This document shows, one piece after another, positions 1 to 8,536 of a stretch of DNA of 24,691 nt (positions within the stretch are counted from its first letter, which is position 1; each line of letters starts with the position of its first letter). This DNA comes from Candidatus Cloacimonadota bacterium (GTDB lineage Bacteria > Cloacimonadota > Cloacimonadia > Cloacimonadales > TCS61): assembly GCA_011372345.1 (NCBI GenBank), contig DRTC01000258.1, positions 1-24,691 on the forward strand, in the 5' to 3' direction. The translations under genes and the position numbers were made by a program. Under the pieces are notes generated by a model. The model saw only the letters and a program-made list of their open reading frames with translations, had not been told where the DNA came from and searched no databases.

Positions 1-194
1 ATTTGTGGGAATATGATTCGGGAAGAGAAAGCAACGGTTTCAACCGTTTTTCAAATAAAATAAAACCATTGAAATGGTTCATTTAAAAGAATTTATTTGA
101 ATCTTTCCCACAAATAAATTTGTGGGTTTCTTATCAAATATTAAATCTGTATTGATGATTACAAATTTCATAGAAAATTTTGGGGATATGACTG
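1..194. mobile_element. MITE-like palindromic element, copy 1 (left part outside window)
   Basis: Aligns by eye with 3039-3230. It has the same internal hairpins (AACGGTT-TC-AACCGTT, AACCATT-GA-AATGGTT, CCCACAAAT-AA-ATTTGTGGG) and a similar right terminus (AATTTTGGGGATATGACTG ending at 194). Confidence 0.8.
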
Positions 195-235
195 TATTTA
201 TTTTAGACAGTTAACTTGAAAAAATAAAATTTTGT

Positions 236-1090
236 TCAGATCAAATAATCTATATCCTTTTCTGCTTCTTTATATGCTTCCTGCATGATTTTTTGCAGAG
301 CTTTTTTCTGGATCTGTCGAACTCTTTCACGGGATAATCCGAGTTCTTCCCCGATCTGGGCAAAATTTTTCCCTTTACCGCTGTCGAGACCAAAATATTC
401 TTTGACGATCAAAGCATCACGGGAAGGTAATTTCCTGATAGAATTATTGATTCTTTCTTTTACTTTATCCCGATAATAAAGGGTTTTAGGATCAAGAGTG
501 TCCATATCTTCAAGAAATTCTGTTACGGTTACAGCGTCGTGTTTACTGGTATAGCTCGGTTCTTCTAAAGAAACAGTATTAACTGCTTGTTTGCTGATTT
601 TATTTATAGCTTTCTTATCGAGGTCTGTCATTTCAGAAATTTCTTCGATCGTTGCTTTCTCTCCGGTTTCACTGAAAACTTTCTCTTTAGCTATTTTTAT
701 TTTATTGGCAATGTTTGCTTTTCCCAACGGCATTCGGATCACATTTGTCTTTTCAGCGAGAGCAAAAAGGATTCTCTGTTTTATCCACCAAACAGCATAA
801 GAAATAAGTTTGTTGTCTTTTTCAGGCTCAAATTTTTCGATTGCTTTGATCAATCCCATATTTCCTTCGCTGATTAATTCTGCTAATGTTAATCCACGGT
901 TTTGATAACGAGCTGCAATTTTGACCACAAATTTCAAATTGGACTGCACCAGTTTGTTGATTGCTTCTTTATCCCCTTTTTTTGCTCGTTGTGCTATCTT
1001 ATTTTCCTCTTCCCTGGACAAAGTCTTGATCTTGGAAATCTGGTTCAAATAACTTTGCAAGGCTTTATCTTCAAAAACATTTTCTGCCAT
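236..1090 (-). CDS. RNA polymerase sigma-70 factor, RpoD/SigA-like, lacking region 1.1
   Basis: Region 1.2 YLNQI; region 2 NLKFVVKIAARY, LISEGNMGLIKA and ISYAVWWIKQ; region 4.2 GLSRERVRQI. The 284-aa length and the region 2 sequence resemble the short sigma-A of Bacteroidota. Confidence 0.93.
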   Translation of the reverse strand: MAENVFEDKALQSYLNQISKIKTLSREEENKIAQRAKKGDKEAINKLVQSNLKFVVKIAARYQNRGLTLAELISEGNMGLIKAIEKFEPEKDNKLISYAVWWIKQRILFALAEKTNVIRMPLGKANIANKIKIAKEKVFSETGEKATIEEISEMTDLDKKAINKISKQAVNTVSLEEPSYTSKHDAVTVTEFLEDMDTLDPKTLYYRDKVKERINNSIRKLPSRDALIVKEYFGLDSGKGKNFAQIGEELGLSRERVRQIQKKALQKIMQEAYKEAEKDIDYLI

Positions 1091-1171
1091 TAATGATTCC
1101 TTGAATGATTTAGAACTCTTTTTTTCAAGTCTGTTCCTATTTCTGAAAATTATGATTTTAAGTCAATTATT

Positions 1172-1486
1172 TCAAATTTGAAATTCATTTTTATGGTCAT
1201 AAATAAAGTCGAGAAGTTCATCATCAGACATTTTCAGTTTTTTTGAGAGAGAGAAAACAATTTTCACCCCGGACAGATTTAAACCGATTTCCTGGGTCAA
1301 AGTGATAATAATATTTATTTTTAGAATGTCCTTTTTAGAAAAAATTCGTGTTTTATTTTCAGTTCTTTGCGGTTTTATCAAATGTTTTCTTTCGTACATT
1401 CTGATAGTTTGATCGTGGATACCTAATTTTTTGGATACTTCTCCGATAAGGAATGTGCCGGAAATTTTATTCATTATTAACTCCAT
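1172..1486 (-). CDS. MerR-family transcriptional regulator, HspR-like
   Basis: MerR HTH IGEVSKKLGIHDQTIRMYER and C-terminal LTQEIGLNLSGV, similar to HspR (IHPQTLR..YER..LT..LGVNLAG). Confidence 0.8.
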   Translation of the reverse strand: MELIMNKISGTFLIGEVSKKLGIHDQTIRMYERKHLIKPQRTENKTRIFSKKDILKINIIITLTQEIGLNLSGVKIVFSLSKKLKMSDDELLDFIYDHKNEFQI

Positions 1487-1489
1487 ATA

Positions 1490-2455
1490 TTAAAAGTCAG
1501 GAAGCACTTCTCTCGGATTTATGGCTTTCCCTTTGTTGCGATATTCAAAATGAAGATGTGAACCCGTTGTAGTTCCCGTATTTCCAAGAGTAGCAATTGG
1601 CTGACCTTTTTTTACTTCTTCACCCAATCTTACCAGATTCGTTTCATTATGAGCATAAACCGTCATCACAAAATCATCATGTTCTAAAATAACGACATTG
1701 CCATAACCCTTTTGAGTTCCGGCAAAAGCAACTTTTCCATCCAAAGCAGCAAAAATCGGCTCACCGATTGGAGCCGCAATATCGATTCCTTTATGCCGTC
1801 TTCCATTTCGCATCCCGAATTCGGAAGTTACCTGACCTTTAACAGGCAAAAATAGTTCTTTTTTAGAAACAGGTTTTTCAGGAATCTTTTTTTCTTCAGA
1901 TAAATCCGATTCCTGCAAAATTCTTTCCTGTTCATTTGTTTCTTCAATTTTTTTTGAAGGGACTTCTGTATGGGCAGCTTCTAACCATATTTTCTGTCCT
2001 GCACTCAAAGAAAGTGTGCTCAAGTCATTAAATTCCACAATATCGAGAATTCCGAGATCATACATTTTGGAAATTCGATAGATCGATTCTCGAGGTTTCA
2101 CGACATGGTATTTACATTTAGGAATTGGTCGAATTGTAACAAATTCGCTTTTTTTTTGAGGTTTGGGAATCAAGTAGATCTTCTGTCCGATAAAAACTTT
2201 ATCAGAACTCAAATTATTGAATAACTTTAAATTCTCGATAGAGATAGAATATTTTTCGCTAATCTCTTTTAGAGTTTCACCTTTTCTCACATAGTGGTAT
2301 TTTTTTGAAGGTGTAAAATATTTCGGATTACTGGATAGAGAAAATATCTCGACATAGGAAAAGAAAATCAGGCAGAGAAAAGGAAGTTTGAGCAAAAAAG
2401 AGTTTATCCTTTTTGGATGATTATTTTTTTGCTTTTTGGCGCGTGTTAAAAACAT
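1490..2455 (-). CDS. LysM-repeat M23 family peptidase (NlpD-like architecture)
   Basis: N-terminal hydrophobic segment, two LysM repeats (HYVRKGETLKEISEKY, HVVKPRESIYRISKMY), and M23 zinc motifs HKGID and HLHFE. Confidence 0.9.
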   Translation of the reverse strand: MFLTRAKKQKNNHPKRINSFLLKLPFLCLIFFSYVEIFSLSSNPKYFTPSKKYHYVRKGETLKEISEKYSISIENLKLFNNLSSDKVFIGQKIYLIPKPQKKSEFVTIRPIPKCKYHVVKPRESIYRISKMYDLGILDIVEFNDLSTLSLSAGQKIWLEAAHTEVPSKKIEETNEQERILQESDLSEEKKIPEKPVSKKELFLPVKGQVTSEFGMRNGRRHKGIDIAAPIGEPIFAALDGKVAFAGTQKGYGNVVILEHDDFVMTVYAHNETNLVRLGEEVKKGQPIATLGNTGTTTGSHLHFEYRNKGKAINPREVLPDF

Positions 2456-2460
2456 TATTT

Positions 2461-2733
2461 TCAGAATTCCACTCTGAAGTTATCATAATGAGTTGAAGCG
2501 GTCAGATCAGATATTTCGAGATTTTTTACTCGGGCAAAAGTTGGTCCTTTCCGCAATTCTTGGATGAATAGATCAAGATTCAATTTATCTCCGCAAGCAA
2601 TGATTTTTACTCTACCATCATACATGTTTTTCGTGTAGCCTTTTATCTTATACATATTTGCTTTACTGACTACAAAATATCGATAGCCAACACCTTGCAC
2701 CCGACCGGAAACATAAATCTCAACGCTTCTCAT
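2461..2733 (-). CDS. acyP: Acylphosphatase
   Basis: Signature VSGRVQGVGYR and GYTKNMYDGRV. Start moved to the ATG at 2733 (MRSVEI...). Confidence 0.92.
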   Translation of the reverse strand: MRSVEIYVSGRVQGVGYRYFVVSKANMYKIKGYTKNMYDGRVKIIACGDKLNLDLFIQELRKGPTFARVKNLEISDLTASTHYDNFRVEF

Positions 2734-2928
2734 CTTCAAATTCCATCCAAAAGTTGAAAATAAATATGAGTGAGTTATTGTCAAATTTTATTTAGAAAAC
2801 AAGGAAAATTAGCAACGAACAAAACAAACAACAGGAATAACCTTACGATTTAGTTATTCCAACATTTTAAAAACCGATACATGTCGAATTTTGTTCAACT
2901 CGTCAGCATTCTTACTTTTCATAACTTT

Positions 2929-3230
2929 CAAACATACCCCCAAAATTTGTAGAAATAAGAATTCTAACTTTATGAATCGAAAGAATATAAGAAGATTAAT
3001 TGCCTTGAAAATTACTGTTTAAAGAAAACCACAAATTTATTTGTGGGAATATGATTCGGGAAAAAAACTAACGGTTTCAACCGTTTTCAAATAAAGTGAA
3101 AACCATTAAAATGGTTCATTTAAAAGGATTTGTTTAATTTTTCCCACAAATAAATTTGTGGGCTTCTAATCAAATTATAAATCTTTATTGATGATTACCA
3201 ATTTTTTAGATAATTTTGGGGGTATGCCTG
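2929..3230. mobile_element. 302-bp non-autonomous MITE-like element with terminal inverted repeats and a 14-bp target-site duplication, copy 2
   Basis: The left end CAAACATACCCCCAAAATT (2929) and the reverse complement of the right end, CAGGCATACCCCCAAAATT (3230), match at 17/19. The exact direct repeat CTTTTCATAACTTT lies at 2915-2928 and 3231-3244. No ORF inside; four internal hairpins. Confidence 0.85.
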
Positions 3231-3282
3231 CTTTTCATAACTTTGGCTTGACACTCAACGATATATTCAAAACCTGCAGGAT

Positions 3283-3900
3283 ATGAAAAGAGAGATTTTT
3301 AAGAAATTTTTGGTAGAAAAATATCCTGAAAAATGGGAAGAAATGCTGCTGTCATTCGAGAACTATTGGAAGTTACTTGTTTTGGAAAATGCAAAAATAA
3401 ATCTCATTTCCCGGAAAACTGGGATTGAAGATTATTGGACGGTTCATTTTCTCGACTCTCTTTTACCAATAGATTTTTTTGATTTTTCTGATAAAAAAAT
3501 ACTTGATCTCGGAACCGGCGGAGGATTGCCGGGAATTCCCCTAAAAATTTTATTTCCCAAGTCAGAGATGTATTTATTAGACTCGAAACAAAAGAAAATA
3601 AATTCTTTGAAAAACATAATCAAAAAACTTGACTTGAAAAGGTGTTTCACGATTGTTTCACGGCTTGAAGATTTGGATAAAGAAAGGGGTGGATTTTTTG
3701 ATTTTATTGTTTGCCGTTCGGTAAAGATCCTTCCGAAATACAGAAAAAAGATGTTTGAGATTCTGCATAAAAATGGGAAGATCATTCTCTATAAAAGCAA
3801 AATCCTGGATGATCTCAAATTGTTTGAAAAATATAAAATTTATGATGTTTCGCAAAAGGAAATCGGAGTAAGAAAGATAATTGAAATTGAAAAGGAGTAA
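3283..3900 (+). CDS. rsmG: 16S rRNA (guanine(527)-N7)-methyltransferase RsmG (GidB)
   Basis: Motifs INLIS, HFLDSL, SAM-binding LDLGTGGGLPGIPL and DSKQKK; directly upstream of parA. Confidence 0.95.
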   Translation: MKREIFKKFLVEKYPEKWEEMLLSFENYWKLLVLENAKINLISRKTGIEDYWTVHFLDSLLPIDFFDFSDKKILDLGTGGGLPGIPLKILFPKSEMYLLDSKQKKINSLKNIIKKLDLKRCFTIVSRLEDLDKERGGFFDFIVCRSVKILPKYRKKMFEILHKNGKIILYKSKILDDLKLFEKYKIYDVSQKEIGVRKIIEIEKE

Positions 3901-4040
3901 CTTTATATTTAAAAAATTTATTATAAAGATTGTCTCCTGGTGCTTTAAGCAAGAACATAACTTTATAAATTGATTAAAAAATACAATTGGAAACAGGAAA
4001 AGGAAACGGGAATTCAGAAAATTGAAATGCAAAATAAAAA

Positions 4041-4067
4041 ATCTCTGTGATCTCTGTGACTCTGTGG
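4041..4067. repeat. Short tandem repeat (A)TCTCTGTG x3
   Basis: ATCTCTGTG-ATCTCTGTG-ACTCTGTGG in the rsmG-parA intergenic region. Confidence 0.7.
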
Positions 4068-4100
4068 CTAATTTTGAAATTCCGATACATTAAAATAAAC

Positions 4101-4865
4101 ATGAAAAAAATAATAACGATCGTAAATCAGAAAGGAGGTGTTGGTAAAACTACAACCGCGATAAATCTATCGTCGGCTTTGGCAATTTATGAAAAAAACA
4201 CCTTACTGATAGATTTTGATCCGCAGGGAAATACTTCGAGCGGAATTGGAATTGACAAAGAAAATCCAAATATTTATGAAGCTCTGGTTGGAAGTGTTTC
4301 CATCGATGCAATAATTAAAAAATCTCCCTTACTGGCAAAACTCGATATTGCTCCTTCAAATACGAATTTAAGCGGAGCGGAAATCGAGCTGGTAAAGGAA
4401 TATTCACGCGAGCATAAACTCAAACACGCACTTACGGAAATAAATGGAAAATATGAATATATCATCATCGATTGTCCGCCATCTCTTGGTTTATTGACAG
4501 TTAATGCTTTAACTGTTTGTTCGGATGTGATCGTTCCTATTCAATGCGAATATTATGCTCTCGAAGGTGTGAGCCAATTGCTGACAACGATCAGATTGAT
4601 CAAAAAAAATCTGAATCCGGATTTGAACATTCTCGGAATTCTGCTGACCATGTTCGATCGCAGATTGAATCTTTCGCACCAGGTCGCTAAAGAAGTCCGC
4701 AGGTATTTCCAGGATCAGACTTTTTCCACGATCATTCATAGAAATGTTAAGTTGAGTGAAGCTCCCAGCTTCGGTAAATCGATTTTTCATTATGATATAA
4801 AATCATCAGGTTCGCAAAATTACCTGAATTTTGCAAAGGAAGTAATGTCAAGATGTCAAAATTAG
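4101..4865 (+). CDS. parA: Chromosome partitioning ATPase ParA/Soj
   Basis: Deviant Walker A NQKGGVGKT, plus DFDPQGN, IDCPPSLG and QCEYYALEG. Start set at ATG 4101. Confidence 0.97.
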   Translation: MKKIITIVNQKGGVGKTTTAINLSSALAIYEKNTLLIDFDPQGNTSSGIGIDKENPNIYEALVGSVSIDAIIKKSPLLAKLDIAPSNTNLSGAEIELVKEYSREHKLKHALTEINGKYEYIIIDCPPSLGLLTVNALTVCSDVIVPIQCEYYALEGVSQLLTTIRLIKKNLNPDLNILGILLTMFDRRLNLSHQVAKEVRRYFQDQTFSTIIHRNVKLSEAPSFGKSIFHYDIKSSGSQNYLNFAKEVMSRCQN

Positions 4866-5701
4866 GAAGAGGCTTAGATGCTTTGATCGATTCCGGTCCG
4901 GAAGCGATTGATAAAACGACAGGTATAACGACAGTCAAAGTCGCCTTTATCAAGCCGAATCGTTTCCAGCCGAGAAAAGTCTTCAAAGAAGATAAGCTCC
5001 GGGAATTGGCAAAATCGCTACAGGAAAACGGTTTGATCCAACCTATAATCGTCACCAAAAAAGATAGATCAGAATATGAATTGATCGCAGGCGAAAGAAG
5101 ATTGGAAGCAGCCAGAATTGCAGGTTTTGACGAAATTCCAGTGATCATCAGAAGTGTGTCTCCGAGAGAACAACTGCAATTCGCAATTATTGAAAATATT
5201 CAGCGTGAAGACTTGAATGCGATCGAGGAAGCAATTGCCTTTCACCAATTAAGCGAAGATTTCGGATTAACGCACTCCCAAATTTCTGAAATTATAGGCA
5301 AAGAAAGAACAACGATCTCCAATTCCATCCGGTTATTGAAATTGAATGAAAACATAAAACAGATGGTTCTTGACGGAAAACTTTCTTCCGGTCATGCTCG
5401 CGCGATTTTGCAGATTGATGAGAAATTGCAAGAGGAATTCGCAAATTATATTGTTGAAAACAGCCTTTCCGTTCGGAAAGCAGAAAGCGATGCAAAAAGG
5501 ATTAGGGAAACGGGCTCTGTTCAAAAAATCAATGAAGAAATAACGGAAAATTCCAAAATCTATCATCTTGAAGAACGACTGAATAATATCTTTAAAGTGA
5601 AAGTCCGAATTTCCGGTAAGAACAACAAAGGAAAGATCACTTTTTTTTATTCTTCAAAAGAAGAATTTGATCAACTTTTAAGCGGATTTGAAAAAAAATG
5701 A
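4853..5701 (+). CDS. parB: Chromosome partitioning protein ParB/Spo0J
   Basis: N-terminal LGRGLDAL, PNRFQPR, CTP-binding AGERR, ENIQREDL and HTH region SSGHARA; overlaps the end of parA. Confidence 0.97.
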   Translation: MSKLGRGLDALIDSGPEAIDKTTGITTVKVAFIKPNRFQPRKVFKEDKLRELAKSLQENGLIQPIIVTKKDRSEYELIAGERRLEAARIAGFDEIPVIIRSVSPREQLQFAIIENIQREDLNAIEEAIAFHQLSEDFGLTHSQISEIIGKERTTISNSIRLLKLNENIKQMVLDGKLSSGHARAILQIDEKLQEEFANYIVENSLSVRKAESDAKRIRETGSVQKINEEITENSKIYHLEERLNNIFKVKVRISGKNNKGKITFFYSSKEEFDQLLSGFEKK

Positions 5702-6396
5702 AAAAATATTTAATTATCTTTCTCATCCTATTTTTATTGCTGATCATTATTTTTTCCTTTAAAGAAAACAGAAAATTAAAATTGGAAAACCTTCATTTTA
5801 AGCAGGAATTGGAATCAACAGATATTTATCTGAAAGAACTTGGAAAACAAATTCAAAGTCTTCGGAAAGATGAATATGAACCTCTCTCCAAAACAGATAA
5901 GATGAAAAAAGTTCTCAATGATTATTTAAATGAACAGAAAAAAAAGAATGAGGAAAAAATACTGAAGATCTCGAAAGAAGAATTACAGGAAGAGTTAATT
6001 CAATATGAAAAGAAAATCCGATTTACTCCTGACCTGATCCCGATAAAAGGTGAATATGCGATCAGTCAGAAATATTCGGAAAAACACTCAGCACTCGATT
6101 TTGCTGCTGCAATGGGAACAGAAGTTGTTTCTTCGGCTGCTGGAGAAATTTTATCCGTTTACGAGGATAAATATTTCGGAAAAATCATTATTATCGATCA
6201 TCTTAATGAGTACTCCTCTTTTTATGCTCATCTGGCAAAAACATTGGTGGATCCGGAAATTTGCGTTGAAAAAGGTCAGACGATTGGACTTGTCGGTTCG
6301 AGTGGAAATAGTTCTGCTCCTCATCTCCATTTTGAAATTATGGTAAATGGTGAGAATATTGATCCGGCTACCGTGTTAAAAAATCTTCCGCAATGA
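5698..6396 (+). CDS. Membrane-anchored coiled-coil M23 family peptidase
   Basis: N-terminal TM segment, a coiled-coil-like stretch, and M23 motifs HSALD and HLHFE. ATGA overlap with the parB stop. Confidence 0.88.
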   Translation: MKKYLIIFLILFLLLIIIFSFKENRKLKLENLHFKQELESTDIYLKELGKQIQSLRKDEYEPLSKTDKMKKVLNDYLNEQKKKNEEKILKISKEELQEELIQYEKKIRFTPDLIPIKGEYAISQKYSEKHSALDFAAAMGTEVVSSAAGEILSVYEDKYFGKIIIIDHLNEYSSFYAHLAKTLVDPEICVEKGQTIGLVGSSGNSSAPHLHFEIMVNGENIDPATVLKNLPQ

Positions 6397-6420
6397 AGAA
6401 TTAGTAATGTTGGGTGTTTT

Positions 6421-6541
6421 TGTCATTCCGGGTTTTCTTCTTGTTTTTCTACCGAGGAATCTCAGATATCTGTTTGAGGGTAATTATTCTGGCGTCGAAG
6501 ATCCTTCGAGAGTATATCTTTTTTGAAAACTCATAATGACA
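6421..6541. repeat. Palindromic GTCAT...ATGAC repeat element (same family as 11187-11286, opposite orientation)
   Basis: Ends TGTCATT and AATGACA; the inner arms CGAGGAATCT and AGATCCTTCG are near-complementary. Aligns with the reverse complement of 11187-11286. Confidence 0.75.
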
Positions 6542-6621
6542 AGTAGAATCAATCTTTGTGGAAGCTATCCTCAGGAATTTCTTCATTAGGATTTTCACAA
6601 AGTTATAATATAGGAGATATT

Positions 6622-7017
6622 ATGGCAAAAAACAGAGAAGTCGAACTTTCCACGATAATTGGAAAAGACAGCAAGGTTACAGGTTCTCTTTTCGTCAAAG
6701 GGGGAGTTCGTGTCGATGGAGAAGTCGAAGGAAAAATTGAATCAGACGGCTTTGTGACTATCGGTTCATCTGGAATAGCAAAGTCGGATATTAAAGCAAA
6801 AGAATGTCTGGTTTCAGGAAAAGTTAAAGGAAATATTGTTGCTGAAGAATCACTGGAACTGGATAAATCTGCTAATTTGAATGGAGATATAATAGCCAGA
6901 ATTTTAAGGATCAATACAGGTGCGATTTTCAATGGAAATTGTTCCATGCAAAATGAAAACCAGGTAATGGAAACGATAAAAACCGATGATCTTCAAAAAG
7001 AACAAAAAACTGATTAA
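6622..7017 (+). CDS. Bactofilin (polymer-forming cytoskeletal protein, CcmA family)
   Basis: Beta-helix pattern STIIGKDSKVTGSL, GVRVDGEVEG, VTIGSSG and LNGDI...LRINTGAIFNGNC. RBS AGGAG at 6612 supports the ATG at 6622. Confidence 0.92.
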   Translation: MAKNREVELSTIIGKDSKVTGSLFVKGGVRVDGEVEGKIESDGFVTIGSSGIAKSDIKAKECLVSGKVKGNIVAEESLELDKSANLNGDIIARILRINTGAIFNGNCSMQNENQVMETIKTDDLQKEQKTD

Positions 7018-7222
7018 CAACGAACTGCTGACATACATCAGTTTAATAACCCAGGTTGGATTAACATTTATAATTTCCCTGCTCATATTTTTCTTTCTTT
7101 TTCTTTACCTTGATAAAAAACTCCAAACCAATGGAATTTTAACAGGGATCGGAACTTTACTCGGAGTTTTTTCCGGATTTTATGCTTCTTACAAATTGAT
7201 CAAAAGATTTATAGGAAAATAA
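6986..7222 (+). CDS. AtpZ/AtpQ-like (ATPase gene 1) small membrane protein
   Basis: Two TM helices with QVGLT..., YLDKKL and G.LLGVFSGFY; first gene of the atp cluster. Start codon uncertain. Confidence 0.75.
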   Translation: MIFKKNKKLINNELLTYISLITQVGLTFIISLLIFFFLFLYLDKKLQTNGILTGIGTLLGVFSGFYASYKLIKRFIGK

Positions 7223-7243
7223 CCGATTGAAATATTTCATAAT

Positions 7244-7621
7244 ATGAAAAACAAAGAATATATAAGACGAATTCTAATTATAATTTTCTTGACAAACATC
7301 TTAGCAATTTTGAGTTTGCCGTTGTTTTTCAAGCAGTCTATAGGCTGGATTGCAGGTTCTTTCGCAAGTATTGTCAATTTTCTGTGGTTGGCACAAAATG
7401 TGAAGAAAAGCATAGATTTATATGCTTCCAAGGCAAAACTGAAATCCATTAAGGGTTCGTTATTACGATATTCGTTTTTAATTATTTTTTCGTTATTGAT
7501 CATTTATCTGATCAAGCCGGATATCATTATTTTCGGATTGGGATTGCTGGCTTCACAAATGGCGATTTTTGTAAACGAGATATTCGAGAGAATTCGGAAA
7601 AACAGATATTTCAGAGGTTGA
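7244..7621 (+). CDS. atpI: ATP synthase subunit I-like membrane protein
   Basis: 125 aa with four hydrophobic segments and GS..S.VNF..L and LRY motifs; immediately upstream of atpB. Confidence 0.75.
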   Translation: MKNKEYIRRILIIIFLTNILAILSLPLFFKQSIGWIAGSFASIVNFLWLAQNVKKSIDLYASKAKLKSIKGSLLRYSFLIIFSLLIIYLIKPDIIIFGLGLLASQMAIFVNEIFERIRKNRYFRG

Positions 7622-7622
7622 A

Positions 7623-8534
7623 ATGGCAAAAAAGAAAGGTTCTCTAAAAAAGATTTTTTTGATTTTTTTCATTATTGAAATTGCTCTTGTTGTAATTTCC
7701 GGAAGTTTTTCCAAGAAATTACAGATAGGATTTGATGATGGAAAATTCGTATTCAGAAATGTTAAAAGCCATTTTGACCTGCAGGAAAAGATTACGGAAG
7801 AATTCCAGATCGACGAATATTACAGACAGACCGGTGAAACCCCGGAAATTTATGGCAGTAAAAAAATATATAACATCGTTAAAAATATCTTTGGAGAAAA
7901 CAGTGCGATCGGTGCTTTTAATCTCATCCGAATGCTGTTAATTGTCGATATTCTGCTTCTCGGATTGGCTTTTCTGATCAGGAAAAGACTCTACAAAAAA
8001 CCTTCTCAACCACAAATAATTTTCGAACTTATCTACGGACTTTTTGAAGATTTCGTTCAAGACACTCTCGGTAAAGGACGGGTGCATTACACTCCCTACA
8101 TCGTTAGTTTATTCCTCTTTATCTGGATCTGTAATATTATTGGAATGATCCCCATTCCGGGATTTATGGAACCAACCCGTAATTTGAATGTTCCGCTCGG
8201 ATTAGGATTTATCGCTGTTATCGTTGTTCACGCTACTGCCATCAAAGTTAAAGGGCTTTGGGGACATCTGAGTAATTATGTTAATCCTGTAAAAAATCCT
8301 TTATTTTTATTAGATCTTGTGGGTGAGATGTCTAAAGTCGTTTCTATCTCATTCCGTTTATTTGGAAATATTTTAGGAGGAGCGATCATTATTCTCGTTG
8401 TTTCATCGCTCGTAAAATTTGTCCTTTTACCAATTGGATTAAATCTCTTTTTCGGAATGTTTGTAGGAAGTATCCAGGCTTTTGTTTTCACGATGCTCGC
8501 CCTGACTTATATCGGGGTTGAGATTTCGGAGTAG
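7623..8534 (+). CDS. atpB: ATP synthase Fo subunit a with N-terminal extension
   Basis: PTRNLN, SISFRLFGNI (essential Arg) and IQAFVFTML. About 95 extra N-terminal residues containing one hydrophobic helix. Confidence 0.96.
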   Translation: MAKKKGSLKKIFLIFFIIEIALVVISGSFSKKLQIGFDDGKFVFRNVKSHFDLQEKITEEFQIDEYYRQTGETPEIYGSKKIYNIVKNIFGENSAIGAFNLIRMLLIVDILLLGLAFLIRKRLYKKPSQPQIIFELIYGLFEDFVQDTLGKGRVHYTPYIVSLFLFIWICNIIGMIPIPGFMEPTRNLNVPLGLGFIAVIVVHATAIKVKGLWGHLSNYVNPVKNPLFLLDLVGEMSKVVSISFRLFGNILGGAIIILVVSSLVKFVLLPIGLNLFFGMFVGSIQAFVFTMLALTYIGVEISE

Positions 8535-8536
8535 AA

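Noticed and set aside
1-3230. Composite transposon carrying the sigma operon
   Set aside because: Copy 2 has its own intact TSD on both sides, indicating an independent insertion; there is no transposase, and the cargo is housekeeping-like.
3643-3662. Second parS inside rsmG (TGTTTCACG twice, 11 bp apart)
   Set aside because: These are two direct half-sites, not the 16-bp palindrome, and they lie in coding sequence. Weak ParB binding cannot be excluded.
6604-6609. TATAAT as an internal promoter for bactofilin-atp
   Set aside because: There is no convincing -35, and the implied start site would fall within the AGGAG RBS.
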